Below the pieces are notes generated by a model that made no database searches, was not told where the DNA came from, and saw nothing but the letters and a program-made list of their open reading frames with translations. A stretch of DNA of 64,000 bases from an uncultured Candidatus Saccharibacteria bacterium (GTDB lineage: Bacteria > Patescibacteriota > Minisyncoccia > Phycocordibacterales > SBAW01), in contig CAZYUH010000001.1 in NCBI GenBank assembly GCA_964650645.1, positions 347,032 through 411,031 on the forward strand. The letters are read 5' to 3'. Numbering within the stretch: position 1 is the stretch's first letter; every line of letters begins with the position of its first letter. The position numbers and the translations under genes were made by a program. Shown here one piece after another: positions 47,968 to 57,819 of the stretch.

Positions 47968-49722
47968 ATGTGCGCAATATTGGGCCTCAATACCCCTGAC
48001 GGGGGGCTTATCGGGCAAATGAACGCGGCTGCGGCCCATCGCGGCCCCGACGACAGCGGCGTATTCCTCGATGCGTCTGTCGCGCTCGGGCACAACAGGC
48101 TTGCGATACTCGACCTCTCCGCGCTTGGCCGCCAGCCCATGGAGGCATCGGGCCTCCGGATAGTCTTTAACGGCGAGATATACAACTTTAAGGAGCTGCG
48201 CGCGGAGCTTCAGGCGGTTGGCGAGGAGTTCCGCTCCAATAGCGACACCGAGGTCATCCTGCGCGGTTATGCGCGCGAGGGCGCGGAGTATCTTAAGAAG
48301 CTGCGCGGCATGTGGGCATTGGCGCTCTATGATGAGCGCGCGGGCACGATAGTGCTTTCCCGCGACCCGTTCGGCATCAAGCCGCTCTACTATTACGAGC
48401 GGTCAGGCGTCTTTGCTTTCGCTTCCGAGTTGCGCGCGCTGCGCCCAGTGCTTGAGCGTTATGGCGCCAGCGACGATGCGCTCGCGCACAGGCTCTACTT
48501 CAGCTTCGGCTATATTCCGGCGCCGCACTCGCCGTTTGCCGAGGTTAAAAAAGTCCTGCCCGGGGAGGTGCTTTCGTACTCCTTGGCGGGCAAAACGCTC
48601 TCGCGCGCGGATATGCTCGAGCCGTACAGCGAGACCCCGCTCGCTTTGGGGGATGCCCTCGAGGATGCGGTGCGCGCGCATTTCGTTTCCGACGTGCCGG
48701 TCGGGCTCTTTTATTCCGGCGGCACCGATTCGACCCTGCTCCTGGCGACCGCTAAGAAGCTGGGCTTTGATCCGACTGCGTTCTTCTTGCGCATACCCAA
48801 CCGGCTCGACAATGAATACGCCCTCGCCGCCGCCAAAGAGCTCGGCGTCGCGCCTGTCATATTCGAGTTCGGCGAAAAGGAGGCGCTTGCGGCGCTCGAG
48901 CGCTCCCGCTCCTCTCTTGACGAGCCGTTCGCCGACACCTCTTATTTGCCGACGGAGTATCTCTCAAGCCGGGTGGCGAAGACGCACAAGGTGGTGCTCT
49001 CCGGCGAGGGCGGGGACGAGTTCTTCGGCGGGTACCACCGGCACAACCACCTGCTGGGACTCAAGGGCGGCTTCAGGATCATCCCGGCGGCCCTCGTCCG
49101 CCTTCTGCCTTCGCGCGCGCGTCGCGCGGCGGAGTCGAAAATAAACCGCGATCCGTACGCCGCCTACGTGGAATTCGCGCGCGTCGACGGGGGACTGGTG
49201 CCGCGCGACGAGGCGGTGGAGTTCTTGCGCTCGCGGGTATCCGGCAGGCACGACGACCTGGGCCTCGCGTTCGATCAGCGGGTATATTTGCCCGACGATC
49301 TCTTATTTAAAATAGACCGCGCCGGCATGCGGCATGGGCTTGAGGGTCGCGTACCATTTCTGGACAAGCGGTTCTTTGCGGCGGCGCGCGCCCTGACGGC
49401 TCCTGCGCGCCATGGCGGCGTTGAGGGCGGCAAAGCGCCTCTTAAGGATATTTTGGGCAGGCATCTTCCAAAGAGCTTGGTTGAGCGCCCCAAGCAGGGC
49501 TTTAGCATGCCGCTGGCTATGGCGGCCAGGCTGCCGGACGAGGTATTCGCCAAAGCGGTCGTCGAGGCCCAGAGCTATCCGAATCTGGTCCCGCTTCCGC
49601 CTGCGCTCCTGGTGCGCTTGGCTTCTGCATCTTCGGCACGCGACGAGTTCCGCCGCAAGCATTCCCATCTCGCATACGCCCTCCTGGTGTGGGGCGGCTG
49701 GCGCGAGAGCTTTAAAGTATAA
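47968..49722 (+). CDS. asparagine synthase (glutamine-hydrolysing) family amidotransferase
   Basis: MCAILG Ntn-Cys start. NGEIYNF. PP-loop SGGTDS at about residue 238. Confidence 0.9.
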   Translation: MCAILGLNTPDGGLIGQMNAAAAHRGPDDSGVFLDASVALGHNRLAILDLSALGRQPMEASGLRIVFNGEIYNFKELRAELQAVGEEFRSNSDTEVILRGYAREGAEYLKKLRGMWALALYDERAGTIVLSRDPFGIKPLYYYERSGVFAFASELRALRPVLERYGASDDALAHRLYFSFGYIPAPHSPFAEVKKVLPGEVLSYSLAGKTLSRADMLEPYSETPLALGDALEDAVRAHFVSDVPVGLFYSGGTDSTLLLATAKKLGFDPTAFFLRIPNRLDNEYALAAAKELGVAPVIFEFGEKEALAALERSRSSLDEPFADTSYLPTEYLSSRVAKTHKVVLSGEGGDEFFGGYHRHNHLLGLKGGFRIIPAALVRLLPSRARRAAESKINRDPYAAYVEFARVDGGLVPRDEAVEFLRSRVSGRHDDLGLAFDQRVYLPDDLLFKIDRAGMRHGLEGRVPFLDKRFFAAARALTAPARHGGVEGGKAPLKDILGRHLPKSLVERPKQGFSMPLAMAARLPDEVFAKAVVEAQSYPNLVPLPPALLVRLASASSARDEFRRKHSHLAYALLVWGGWRESFKV

Positions 49723-49724
49723 AT

Positions 49725-50846
49725 ATGCGCGAGCGATTCAATAACCTGATACTCTTGGCGCAGTGCGCCGCACGCTTCATTTTGCACGGCTCATCCAGGC
49801 GCGCGATTAAGAGCCCTAAATCGGTGGTTGTCGTGCAGTTCGGCAAGCTGGGCGATATGGTCTGCACGACGCCCGTGTTCAGCGCGATTAAAAGGGCCGA
49901 CCCGGGTATTCGCGTCATTGTGGTGGGCGACAAGGTGGGCGAACAGGTGCTGGAAGGCAATCCCGACGTGGACCGCTACATAATTTGCGGCACCGATATC
50001 AAGCCGGCGCTGCGGGAGCTGAAAGCGGAAAAAGCGGAAACGGGCATTACGACGGGACCCAGTTCGCGCGCCTTGTTCCTGCTTTATTTGGCCGGCATAA
50101 AGACGCTTATCGCTCCGCGCATCGAGGGAGGGGCCAGCTCAGAGGGCCGTCTTTACCGCCTTTTGCGCACCTTGGCCCTGGCGGTTCCGCATCGGATGGG
50201 CCATTATGCGCCGCGCGAATACCTGCGCATGCTTGAGCCGCTAGGCATCGTAAGCGACGACACGGCTAAGCATGTGGCCATAAATCCCGCCTCGAGGGAA
50301 AAGGTCGAGGAATTTTGGCGCAAGCATGACCTTGCGGGCAAACGGGTCGTCGGCATATCGCCTTCGGCGGGAAACAAGATAAAGCAGTGGCCGCCCGAGC
50401 GCTTCGCGGCGGTAGCTGATTACGTGCGCGAGACGCGCGGCGCTGAGGTGCTTATTGTGGCCGGGCCGGGCGATGCGAAAGAGGTTGCAGCCATGCGCGC
50501 AGCGCTCAAAACCCAGGCGACCAATGCGGCGGGCGCGTTCTCTATCGAGGAGCTCAAGGCCGCGATAGCGAAACTTGAGCTCTTTATAAGCGTCGATACG
50601 GGTCCGATATATATAGCAGAGGCGCTTGGTACTCCCACGATCGATATCGTAGGACCTGTCGACGAGCGCGAGCAGCCTCCGATAGGCTTGCGCAACGTCG
50701 TAGTGGTGCCGCCCGGACGCGCGAAGCCCGAGCTGTACGTCATGAATCCGTACCAATATAATTATGCCGAGGCCGTGCGCCAAGTGGAGGGCATTTCCGT
50801 GGCGCAGGTGACGGCCGCTATCGACGCTTTGCTGGCGCGCATATGA
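49725..50846 (+). CDS. glycosyltransferase family 9 (heptosyltransferase-like)
   Basis: VVVQFGKLGDMVCTTPVF. C-terminal FISVDTGPIYIAEALGTPTIDI. Confidence 0.8.
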   Translation: MRERFNNLILLAQCAARFILHGSSRRAIKSPKSVVVVQFGKLGDMVCTTPVFSAIKRADPGIRVIVVGDKVGEQVLEGNPDVDRYIICGTDIKPALRELKAEKAETGITTGPSSRALFLLYLAGIKTLIAPRIEGGASSEGRLYRLLRTLALAVPHRMGHYAPREYLRMLEPLGIVSDDTAKHVAINPASREKVEEFWRKHDLAGKRVVGISPSAGNKIKQWPPERFAAVADYVRETRGAEVLIVAGPGDAKEVAAMRAALKTQATNAAGAFSIEELKAAIAKLELFISVDTGPIYIAEALGTPTIDIVGPVDEREQPPIGLRNVVVVPPGRAKPELYVMNPYQYNYAEAVRQVEGISVAQVTAAIDALLARI

Positions 50847-52015
50847 GGATCGTACTCCTTCAAGATGATTTCCCTCCTGAAAGCTTGGGAGGGGCGGGCA
50901 ATATGGCGGCAGCCCTTGCGGTCGCGCTAAAGGAGTTTGGGCATGACGTGTCGGTCATTGCGGCGACCCAGGCGCGCGAGCGCGCGGGAGCCGGCGAATG
51001 GAGGGGCATCCCGGTGCACCGCGTATACAGCGCGTATCATGAGCGCTGGCGCGCTTACTTGTCGCTTTATAATCCGCAGACCGTCGGAGAGGTGCGGCGA
51101 CTGCTCGGGACGCTCGAGCCTGACGTGGTCCATGCGCACAACGTGCATTACCATCTTTCGTATTACGCGCTCGTGCTGGCAAAGCGCCGCGCGGGGAGAG
51201 TGCTGCTTACCGCTCACGACGAAATGCTGTTCCATTACGGAAAATTCTACGAGTGCGTCGAAACCGGGGAGTATGCGGTGCGTTGGCGGCAGATAGCGAA
51301 GCGCTTTACCAAGCGCTGGAACCCGCTGCGCAATGTCCTCATACGTCGGATGATGCGGAACGTAGCCGTGGCCAGCCTAAGCTTCGAGCATCAAAAGGCG
51401 CTGCGCGCCAACGGCTACCGGTCAGCTGTAATATATAACGGCATAGACCCTGCCGGTTGGCCTGCTCCGGCCGGAGAGGCCGAGGCGTTCCGCCTGAAGC
51501 ACGCCCTTGCGGGCAAGAGGGTGGTGCTGTTCGCCGGGCGCATTAGCCGGCTCAAGGGGGCGGAGGCCGCGCTGCGAATGATGCGGCGCGTGCGCCGGGA
51601 TATGCCCGATGCGCTGCTCCTCGTGGCCGGCGCGCAGGGCGAGCGTTCGGATGATGCGGCCTATACCGGCTGGCTATCCTCCGATGAAATGCGCGCCGCA
51701 TACGCCGCAAGCGATATCGTCATATTCCCTTCGATTTACTTCGACCCCTTCGGCCTCGTAAACCTCGAGGCTATGGCTTCGGGGAAGCCGGTGGTCGCCA
51801 CCCGTTTCGGCGGCGCGCCGGAGATCGTGGTAGACGGGGAGACGGGGTTTATCGTCGATCCTCGCGATGAGGGCGCGTTCGCGCGCCCGGTGCTGCGGCT
51901 GCTCCGGAATCCGGAGGAGGCTAAGAATCTCGGGCAGGCCGGCCGGACGCGGTTCCTCGGACGCTTTACGGCGCGGCGCATGGCAGAGGCGTATGCGAGC
52001 ATGTATACTGCCTAG
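50843..52015 (+). CDS. glycosyltransferase family 4
   Basis: C-terminal FDPFGLVNLEAMASGKPVVATRFGGAPE. Confidence 0.85.
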   Translation: MRIVLLQDDFPPESLGGAGNMAAALAVALKEFGHDVSVIAATQARERAGAGEWRGIPVHRVYSAYHERWRAYLSLYNPQTVGEVRRLLGTLEPDVVHAHNVHYHLSYYALVLAKRRAGRVLLTAHDEMLFHYGKFYECVETGEYAVRWRQIAKRFTKRWNPLRNVLIRRMMRNVAVASLSFEHQKALRANGYRSAVIYNGIDPAGWPAPAGEAEAFRLKHALAGKRVVLFAGRISRLKGAEAALRMMRRVRRDMPDALLLVAGAQGERSDDAAYTGWLSSDEMRAAYAASDIVIFPSIYFDPFGLVNLEAMASGKPVVATRFGGAPEIVVDGETGFIVDPRDEGAFARPVLRLLRNPEEAKNLGQAGRTRFLGRFTARRMAEAYASMYTA

Positions 52016-52019
52016 CGTT

Positions 52020-52898
52020 ATGGCCGCAGGCGATGAAAGGACCTTCAAGACGGCGCACGGCACGTTTGTCATGGATACGGCGAGCGACGCGAAGATAAGC
52101 GGCGTATTCTCCGGCGAGCACTACCATCATCAGGAAACCCTCGACCTTTTGCCGCATCTGCTTGAGCGCGGCGGGGTTATTGTCGACGTTGGCGCGCATG
52201 TGGGCACGCTCGCCGTTCCTTTCGCGCACTACGCAAGCAGGGTAATCGCCTTCGAGCCGACAAAGGCAACCTTCGGGTTCCTGCAGAAGAATGCCGCCCT
52301 CAACGCGGCCCCGATCGATGCGCGCAACAAGGGGCTCGGCGCCGAGCCGAATCGCGCCTCCTCCGTCGTGCTCCACGACTTCAGTGCGGCAGCCAACACT
52401 CTCCAGGTAGGCGAGGGCGATATCGAGGTCTCGACGCTCGACGCCGAAGTTCCGGCCGCCGACTTCGTGAAGATAGACGTCGAGGGCATGGAATTGTGGG
52501 TGCTCGAAGGGGGAAGGCGCCTGTGGCAAGGTTCCAAACCGCCTATTTTGTTCGAGGTGAACCTTTTCGCCCTGCGCCGCAACGGCACGGCTGCCGCGGA
52601 TCTCCAGGGCTTTTTGAAACAGTACGGGTACGAGCTCTATTACCCGGTCCGGGATAGCGGCGCGCTTGCTCTCGCCAGGATCTGGAGCCTCAGCCTGTTC
52701 GTGCTGTGCATCGCGCCTCGTTCGTTCATGTTCGGAGGGCCGAGCGCACCGTTCGACGTGCTGGCGCTCCCCAAAGGGCATGCGCTCTCCGGCCCCTTGC
52801 CGCGGCTTTCCGCGGGTGCCATGCTCCTGCGGCTTATAAAGAATAATCTTGCGCAAAAAATGCGCCGCTTTTCCTCCCTCTTTTACGGCAGGCGGTAG
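52020..52898 (+). CDS. FkbM-family SAM-dependent methyltransferase
   Basis: VDVGAHVGTLAVPFA, FEPTKATF, DFVKIDVEGMELWVLEG. Start set after the upstream stop. Confidence 0.75.
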   Translation: MAAGDERTFKTAHGTFVMDTASDAKISGVFSGEHYHHQETLDLLPHLLERGGVIVDVGAHVGTLAVPFAHYASRVIAFEPTKATFGFLQKNAALNAAPIDARNKGLGAEPNRASSVVLHDFSAAANTLQVGEGDIEVSTLDAEVPAADFVKIDVEGMELWVLEGGRRLWQGSKPPILFEVNLFALRRNGTAAADLQGFLKQYGYELYYPVRDSGALALARIWSLSLFVLCIAPRSFMFGGPSAPFDVLALPKGHALSGPLPRLSAGAMLLRLIKNNLAQKMRRFSSLFYGRR

Positions 52899-54598
52899 AT
52901 AGTGAAGCGTCCGATGCTGTCTTCAAGCAAGAGTTCGCGGGTTCCGGGCCAATGATCATCCTCCGCATCGAGCACGATGCGGTCAATATTCAGGGTGCGC
53001 ATCATTTCTGCCAGCGTCGTCCCTTGATTTTCGCGGTACTCCTGTGAGAGCGCTTCCAGTACGCTGTCTGGCAATGGGCGCGCATCCTCGGGAATGCCGC
53101 TCCAGCTGCTGCCGAATAGCTCCATGGCGATAGTTTCGCGTTCGGATTTCATAACTTCAAAGCTCTCTTCTGCGGCAATTCCGCGCAGGCGGTATCCGAA
53201 AAATAGCCGGTCCTCAAGATAGCCTTCCGGTAAGAAATACAGCCCGGCATACGTGCTGTTTAATGCGTCGTCGTCGGTGTAGATTGCGACGTAATCCGCC
53301 AGCGCCGGATTCGTATAGACGGCTTCTTCTGGAGACGAGCGCAGGTGCTCCAAGAGCGGCGCGTATTCCTGCGCCTGGAAAGCGGCCGGCGCGTGCCGGG
53401 CATAAAAATGCGCTTGCGCGGCGGCACCGTGCGCCGCAAGAACCGCGATGCCGATAATGCAGGCTGTGCCTGCGATCGCAGCGGGGGCTATGCGGCGCAT
53501 GATAGGCATGGCGGCAAGCGCGGCCAAAAGCGCGGCAAGGGGCTTGGTTACATACCAATGGTAATGCCCCGGCTGGAGATAGACGCCCGTTATGATTTGC
53601 TGGTTCAGCGCCACGGCCAATGCTGCGCCGCAAAGGGCGAAAAATACCCGCGCTTGGCGCTCCTGTTTGGGCAAGAGCCAGGGGAGTGCCAGGAGTATCA
53701 GGAGCCATGCGCCGAGCGCGGGCGCGTGGCTTGCAAGCGCGCCCTGGAACTGCGCCGCCGCCGCATAGCCGGGCGTATGCATCGCAGAAAGATAATTAAG
53801 AAAGAAGGGGACGGAAAGCAGGAGTCCCGAAATGCCCGCGAAAAGAAGCCTGCCAGCGGCACGGTAGTTCTTCCGTACAGCCTCCGCAATAAAGATTGAA
53901 AAGAGCAGCAGTCCCAAGAACGACCAGGCATATACGGATACGTACAAGGATAAGCCGATAATGCCGCCGATTGCGCCTATCGCGAGCCATGAGCTATTCT
54001 CACGCTGCACATAAGCCCGGTAGAGCAGCCACAATCCGCTGAAGAGCATCAAGCCGCTTATCTGCGGATTGACCGGGCGGGCCCAGGTTACCCCGTCTAC
54101 GAAGCTCTGTCCCTGCATTAGCGCCAAGAGCTCGTGCGGGTTGCTCATGATGGCCGAGCCGAGCATTGCGGCAGTTGCGCCAAGCAGTGCGGTCAGGCGC
54201 GAGCGGGATACGGAAAGGCAGAGCCCGTAGATAGCCAGAAAGATAAGCGCGGGCAGCAGGAACTTGGCGGCAAGGGCTATATCGGCAGTCCGCAGGCCCG
54301 CCAGCTTGGCCGCTCCGGCCATGGCTATTTCACCCAGGCCGGGACTGAGGTAAGGAATCTCCTTCTGGGGGGTAAAAACGCCGCCAAGGCCGAGATGGCC
54401 TTCGCTGGCTTCCTGTATGCGCGCCAGGTAATGCTCCTCGGCGTCCTGGCCCATAAGGGCGATGCCTTGGTGTTGGGGAGTCGCGGCAAAGTAGGCGTAC
54501 GGAGCGATGCAGAGGATGCCTACCGCGGCCGCAAGCGCATATGCCGCAGCGTGGTAGCGCGCGTGCGCGCATGCGGCCTTAAGATTTATAGATGACAT
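52883..54598 (-). CDS. polytopic membrane protein, candidate GT-C-fold glycosyltransferase (GtrC/YfhO/ArnT-like role)
   Basis: About 570 aa from the ATG at 54598 (MSSINLKAACAHA...), with 11 or more TM helices and a C-terminal soluble domain. Sits beside gtrA and a GtrB-like GT2. Family not verified. Confidence 0.55.
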   Translation of the reverse strand: MSSINLKAACAHARYHAAAYALAAAVGILCIAPYAYFAATPQHQGIALMGQDAEEHYLARIQEASEGHLGLGGVFTPQKEIPYLSPGLGEIAMAGAAKLAGLRTADIALAAKFLLPALIFLAIYGLCLSVSRSRLTALLGATAAMLGSAIMSNPHELLALMQGQSFVDGVTWARPVNPQISGLMLFSGLWLLYRAYVQRENSSWLAIGAIGGIIGLSLYVSVYAWSFLGLLLFSIFIAEAVRKNYRAAGRLLFAGISGLLLSVPFFLNYLSAMHTPGYAAAAQFQGALASHAPALGAWLLILLALPWLLPKQERQARVFFALCGAALAVALNQQIITGVYLQPGHYHWYVTKPLAALLAALAAMPIMRRIAPAAIAGTACIIGIAVLAAHGAAAQAHFYARHAPAAFQAQEYAPLLEHLRSSPEEAVYTNPALADYVAIYTDDDALNSTYAGLYFLPEGYLEDRLFFGYRLRGIAAEESFEVMKSERETIAMELFGSSWSGIPEDARPLPDSVLEALSQEYRENQGTTLAEMMRTLNIDRIVLDAEDDHWPGTRELLLEDSIGRFTIYRLP

Positions 54599-54956
54599 AT
54601 TTGCTGAACGAGTAGGAGAACGCCGTCGTTGCGACCGCGCTTGCCGCAATGGAAATGAGGTAATGGATTCCCAGGATAGAAGTGGCAAGGTAAACCAGGG
54701 CCGCATTGCTGGCGAATACCGCAAGATAGCTTCCTATGAAAAGCAGGTACTTTTTAACGTATGAGCCGCGCTCATGATTTGGGAATGTTATGAGCGCATT
54801 GAGGGCGAAGCTGCACGTCCAGCTGACGATTATGCCGATGCAGAACGCCCAGAAATACCAGAGGTGCAGGACCGTTACGCCCAGGTGGGTTACGGCGAGA
54901 TTGACCAGAAGGCCCGCTCCTCCGACGAGGCAGAAACGTATGAATTGCATGCTCAT
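54579..54956 (-). CDS. GtrA-family polysaccharide-synthesis membrane protein (lipid-linked sugar translocase-like)
   Basis: MSMQFIRFCLVGGAGLLVNLAV, four TM helices. Its ATG overlaps the upstream asnB-like stop (ATGA). Confidence 0.8.
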   Translation of the reverse strand: MSMQFIRFCLVGGAGLLVNLAVTHLGVTVLHLWYFWAFCIGIIVSWTCSFALNALITFPNHERGSYVKKYLLFIGSYLAVFASNAALVYLATSILGIHYLISIAASAVATTAFSYSFSKYVIYKS

Positions 54957-56821
54957 CGCGATTGCCACGTATCGTACCATAGCTGGAACATGAGGAGGGT
55001 CCAGAGTTTCTTGCCATGATTGCGTTTGCCCGAAAGGTGCTCCTCCAAGAGCCGCGCCACTTCGGCGGTATTTAGCAGGCCTGATTTTTCCGCATTCGCC
55101 TTTGCTAGCGCGTCCGTCACCAGGCCCTTTAGTTCATTGCGCAGCCAGCCTGAAACCGGCGCGGCGAATCCCTGCTTGGGACGGTCCAATATGCCGTCCG
55201 GCAGTCGTCCGCGCATAAGCGCGCGAAGCAGATGCTTGCCGCGCCCGCTCTTGTATTTGAGTCCGGGCGGCAGGGCGAGCAGAAACTCGGCGATGTCGTG
55301 CGATAAGAACGGCGCGCGCACTTCAAGGCTGTGCGCCATGCTCGCGCGGTCCACCTTAACAAGCACCTGGTCCATAAGGTACGTGCGCATGTACAGATGC
55401 GAGAGCTCGTTGAGTCCTCCCAGCTCCGGGCATTCCGCGTGCCATTGCGCCGCAAGTTCCCCGGTTATGTCCCGCGCTTGCGCGGCAGCTTCGGGCGACA
55501 GCAGCGCCTCCAGTTCGTCCTCCCTGAAGCTCCCGAGCCATTGCAGGTGCCGGGCTCCCGCATCGTCGGAAAAGTCATGGGTAAATTTGCGCGTCTTAAA
55601 GCCCAAGCTCATGTATCCGAGCGAGTGGGGCAGCAGGTCGGAAGCGGCGCGCAGCGCGCTGCGCACGGAGCGCGGCACGCGTCCGTACGCTTGCGCGTAC
55701 CGCTCCGCCTTGAAGGTGGGATACCCCAGCAAGAGCTCGTCCGCGCCGTCGCCTCCCAGCGCGACCGTCACGTGCTCGCGGGTGAACTGCGACAGCAGGA
55801 GGGTGGGGAGTATCGAAGCGTCAGCCATGGGTTCGTCGAGTACCTGCGGCAGGCGCCCCACGAGCGCAAGCGCTTCCGTTCCATCCAATACTTTTTCGTA
55901 GTGCTCCGTGCCTAGGCGCTTTGCAACCAGCCTTGCCTGCGCCGACTCGTCGAAGCTCTTTTCGCTGAACCCTATAGAGAATGTCTTTATTTTCTGAGCG
56001 GATGCTTTTGAGGCGAAGTACGCGACCGTTGAGCTGTCTATGCCTCCCGAAAGAAAGACGCCCAGCGGCACATCCGACACCATCCGCTCGCGCGTCGCCT
56101 CCGTTAAAAGCGCGTCGAGCCGCGCAAGCGCCTCCGCTTCGCTCATGCTTTCTGCCGGCGCGGACGGGTTCCAATACGGCTTGATAGTCACCACGCCCTC
56201 CTTAAGCCGCAGGTACGAGGCAGGCTCAAGCTTGCGTATGTCCTTATATATGGAGCGCGGCGTGGGAACGTACTCGCGCGCGAAGTAGTGCGCCGCGGAG
56301 CGCAGGTCTATCTCGCGCGGGCAGCCGGGGTGCGCGCGCAGCGCCTTGAGCTCCGAGCCGAAGATGAAGCCGCTTGCGGTCTTGGACCAGTACAGCGGCT
56401 TCTTGCCGAGGCGGTCGCGCGCCAGGATGAGCTCTTGCGCGCGTGAATCGTATATCGCGAAAGCGAACATTCCTCTTAGCCGCTCAAACCCTTCGGCGCC
56501 CCATGCGGCGTACGCCGCAAGTATGACTTCCGTATCAGAGTGCGTCTTGAACGGATAGGAGGCGAGCTCTTTTCTTAGCTCGGCGAAGTTGTATATTTCG
56601 CCGTTGAAGGCGATGTGGTAGCGGCCGTCCGCGCTCTCCATCGGCTGCTTTGCAGCAAGAGAAAGGTCGATAATGGAAAGTCTCGTGTGCGCCAGTCCCG
56701 CGCGGCCCTTCTCGGATATCCAGGTGCCCGAGGCGTCCGGGCCGCGGTGCTTCAGGCGCGCGGCCATTGCGCCGAGGGTCGCCTCGTCTCCCGTTCCCGC
56801 AAAGCCGGCTATACCGCACAT
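54953..56821 (-). CDS. asparagine synthase (glutamine-hydrolysing) family amidotransferase, second paralog
   Basis: Start at MCGIAG (the Ntn Cys must follow Met1). NGEIYNF. SGGIDSS PP-loop. Confidence 0.85.
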   Translation of the reverse strand: MCGIAGFAGTGDEATLGAMAARLKHRGPDASGTWISEKGRAGLAHTRLSIIDLSLAAKQPMESADGRYHIAFNGEIYNFAELRKELASYPFKTHSDTEVILAAYAAWGAEGFERLRGMFAFAIYDSRAQELILARDRLGKKPLYWSKTASGFIFGSELKALRAHPGCPREIDLRSAAHYFAREYVPTPRSIYKDIRKLEPASYLRLKEGVVTIKPYWNPSAPAESMSEAEALARLDALLTEATRERMVSDVPLGVFLSGGIDSSTVAYFASKASAQKIKTFSIGFSEKSFDESAQARLVAKRLGTEHYEKVLDGTEALALVGRLPQVLDEPMADASILPTLLLSQFTREHVTVALGGDGADELLLGYPTFKAERYAQAYGRVPRSVRSALRAASDLLPHSLGYMSLGFKTRKFTHDFSDDAGARHLQWLGSFREDELEALLSPEAAAQARDITGELAAQWHAECPELGGLNELSHLYMRTYLMDQVLVKVDRASMAHSLEVRAPFLSHDIAEFLLALPPGLKYKSGRGKHLLRALMRGRLPDGILDRPKQGFAAPVSGWLRNELKGLVTDALAKANAEKSGLLNTAEVARLLEEHLSGKRNHGKKLWTLLMFQLWYDTWQSR

Positions 56822-56846
56822 ATGCTTTGTATGGTACAACGGGAGC

Positions 56847-57815
56847 GTGGAAACCGCTCGCGACTCTAAGGGCCTCGTCTCTATTGTCATACCGGTCTAT
56901 AACGAGGCTTTGAGCCTGCCGGGCCTCTTCGGTCGCCTCGATCAAGCGCTTGCCGCAATCGGCCGCCCGTGTGAGATTGTCATGGCGGACGACGGGTCCA
57001 AGGACGGCTCGTTTGAGAAAATTACCGAGCTTGCCAAAGGCCGCCCTGTAACGGCTATCAGGCTCAGGCGCAACTTCGGCCAAACGGCGGCGCTCTCGGC
57101 CGGCATCGAAGAGGCTCGGGGCGAGGTAATCGTCACGCTCGACTCCGACCTGGAGAACGATCCGCGCGATATCCCGCTCCTTCTGGCAAAGATGGACGAA
57201 GGCTTCGATGTCGTGTCGGGCTGGCGGCAGGCGCGCTGGAAGGGCTCCTTCTTCTCGCGCAAACTGCCTTCGGTTGCGGCCAACTGGCTCATATCAAGGC
57301 TCTCCGGCGTGCCGCTGCACGACTACGGCTGCACCCTCAAGGCGTACCGCGCCGACCTGGTAAAGGGCGTCGTGCTCTACGGCGACATGCACCGCTTCAT
57401 TCCCGCATACGCGTCATGGCAGGGCGGGGCAGTGGCCGAGGTGCCGGTATCGTACGCGCCGCGCCAGCACGGCAAGAGCAATTACGGCATGGGCCGCATT
57501 GTCCGCGTGCTGCTCGACCTGGTCGTCGTCGTGTTCATGCACAAGTACATGAACCGCCCGATGCATTTCTTCGGCGGGTGGGGCCTGCTCAGCTTCTGCG
57601 TCGGCGGACTCTTCGGCATCGCTTCCATAGCGCTCAAGCTCGCGCATCTGCGCGATTTCGTAGCGACGCCGCTGCCGCTCTGGAGCGCCCTTTTCATAAT
57701 CGTGGGCGTGCAGATGGTGATGTTCGGCGTGGTCGGCGAGATGCTCATGCGCACCTACTACGAGTCCCAGGGCCGCCGCCCGTACGCAGTAAGGGAGAAA
57801 GTTACGGTATCCTAG
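56847..57815 (+). CDS. GT2 polyprenyl-phosphate sugar transferase (GtrB / DPM1 / ArnC-like) with C-terminal TM helices
   Basis: VSIVIPVYNE, DDGSKDGS and DSDLEND (DXD) motifs, two C-terminal TM helices. A GTG at 56847 is the first in-frame start that does not overlap the divergent gene; the start is uncertain. Confidence 0.8.
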   Translation: METARDSKGLVSIVIPVYNEALSLPGLFGRLDQALAAIGRPCEIVMADDGSKDGSFEKITELAKGRPVTAIRLRRNFGQTAALSAGIEEARGEVIVTLDSDLENDPRDIPLLLAKMDEGFDVVSGWRQARWKGSFFSRKLPSVAANWLISRLSGVPLHDYGCTLKAYRADLVKGVVLYGDMHRFIPAYASWQGGAVAEVPVSYAPRQHGKSNYGMGRIVRVLLDLVVVVFMHKYMNRPMHFFGGWGLLSFCVGGLFGIASIALKLAHLRDFVATPLPLWSALFIIVGVQMVMFGVVGEMLMRTYYESQGRRPYAVREKVTVS

Positions 57816-57819
57816 GCAA

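Noticed and set aside
56673-56846. Upstream extension of the GT2 ORF (MESLVCASPARPF...).
   Set aside because: Overlaps the divergent asnB-like gene's N-terminal coding region and has no GT2 homology; the catalytic domain starts at about 56870.
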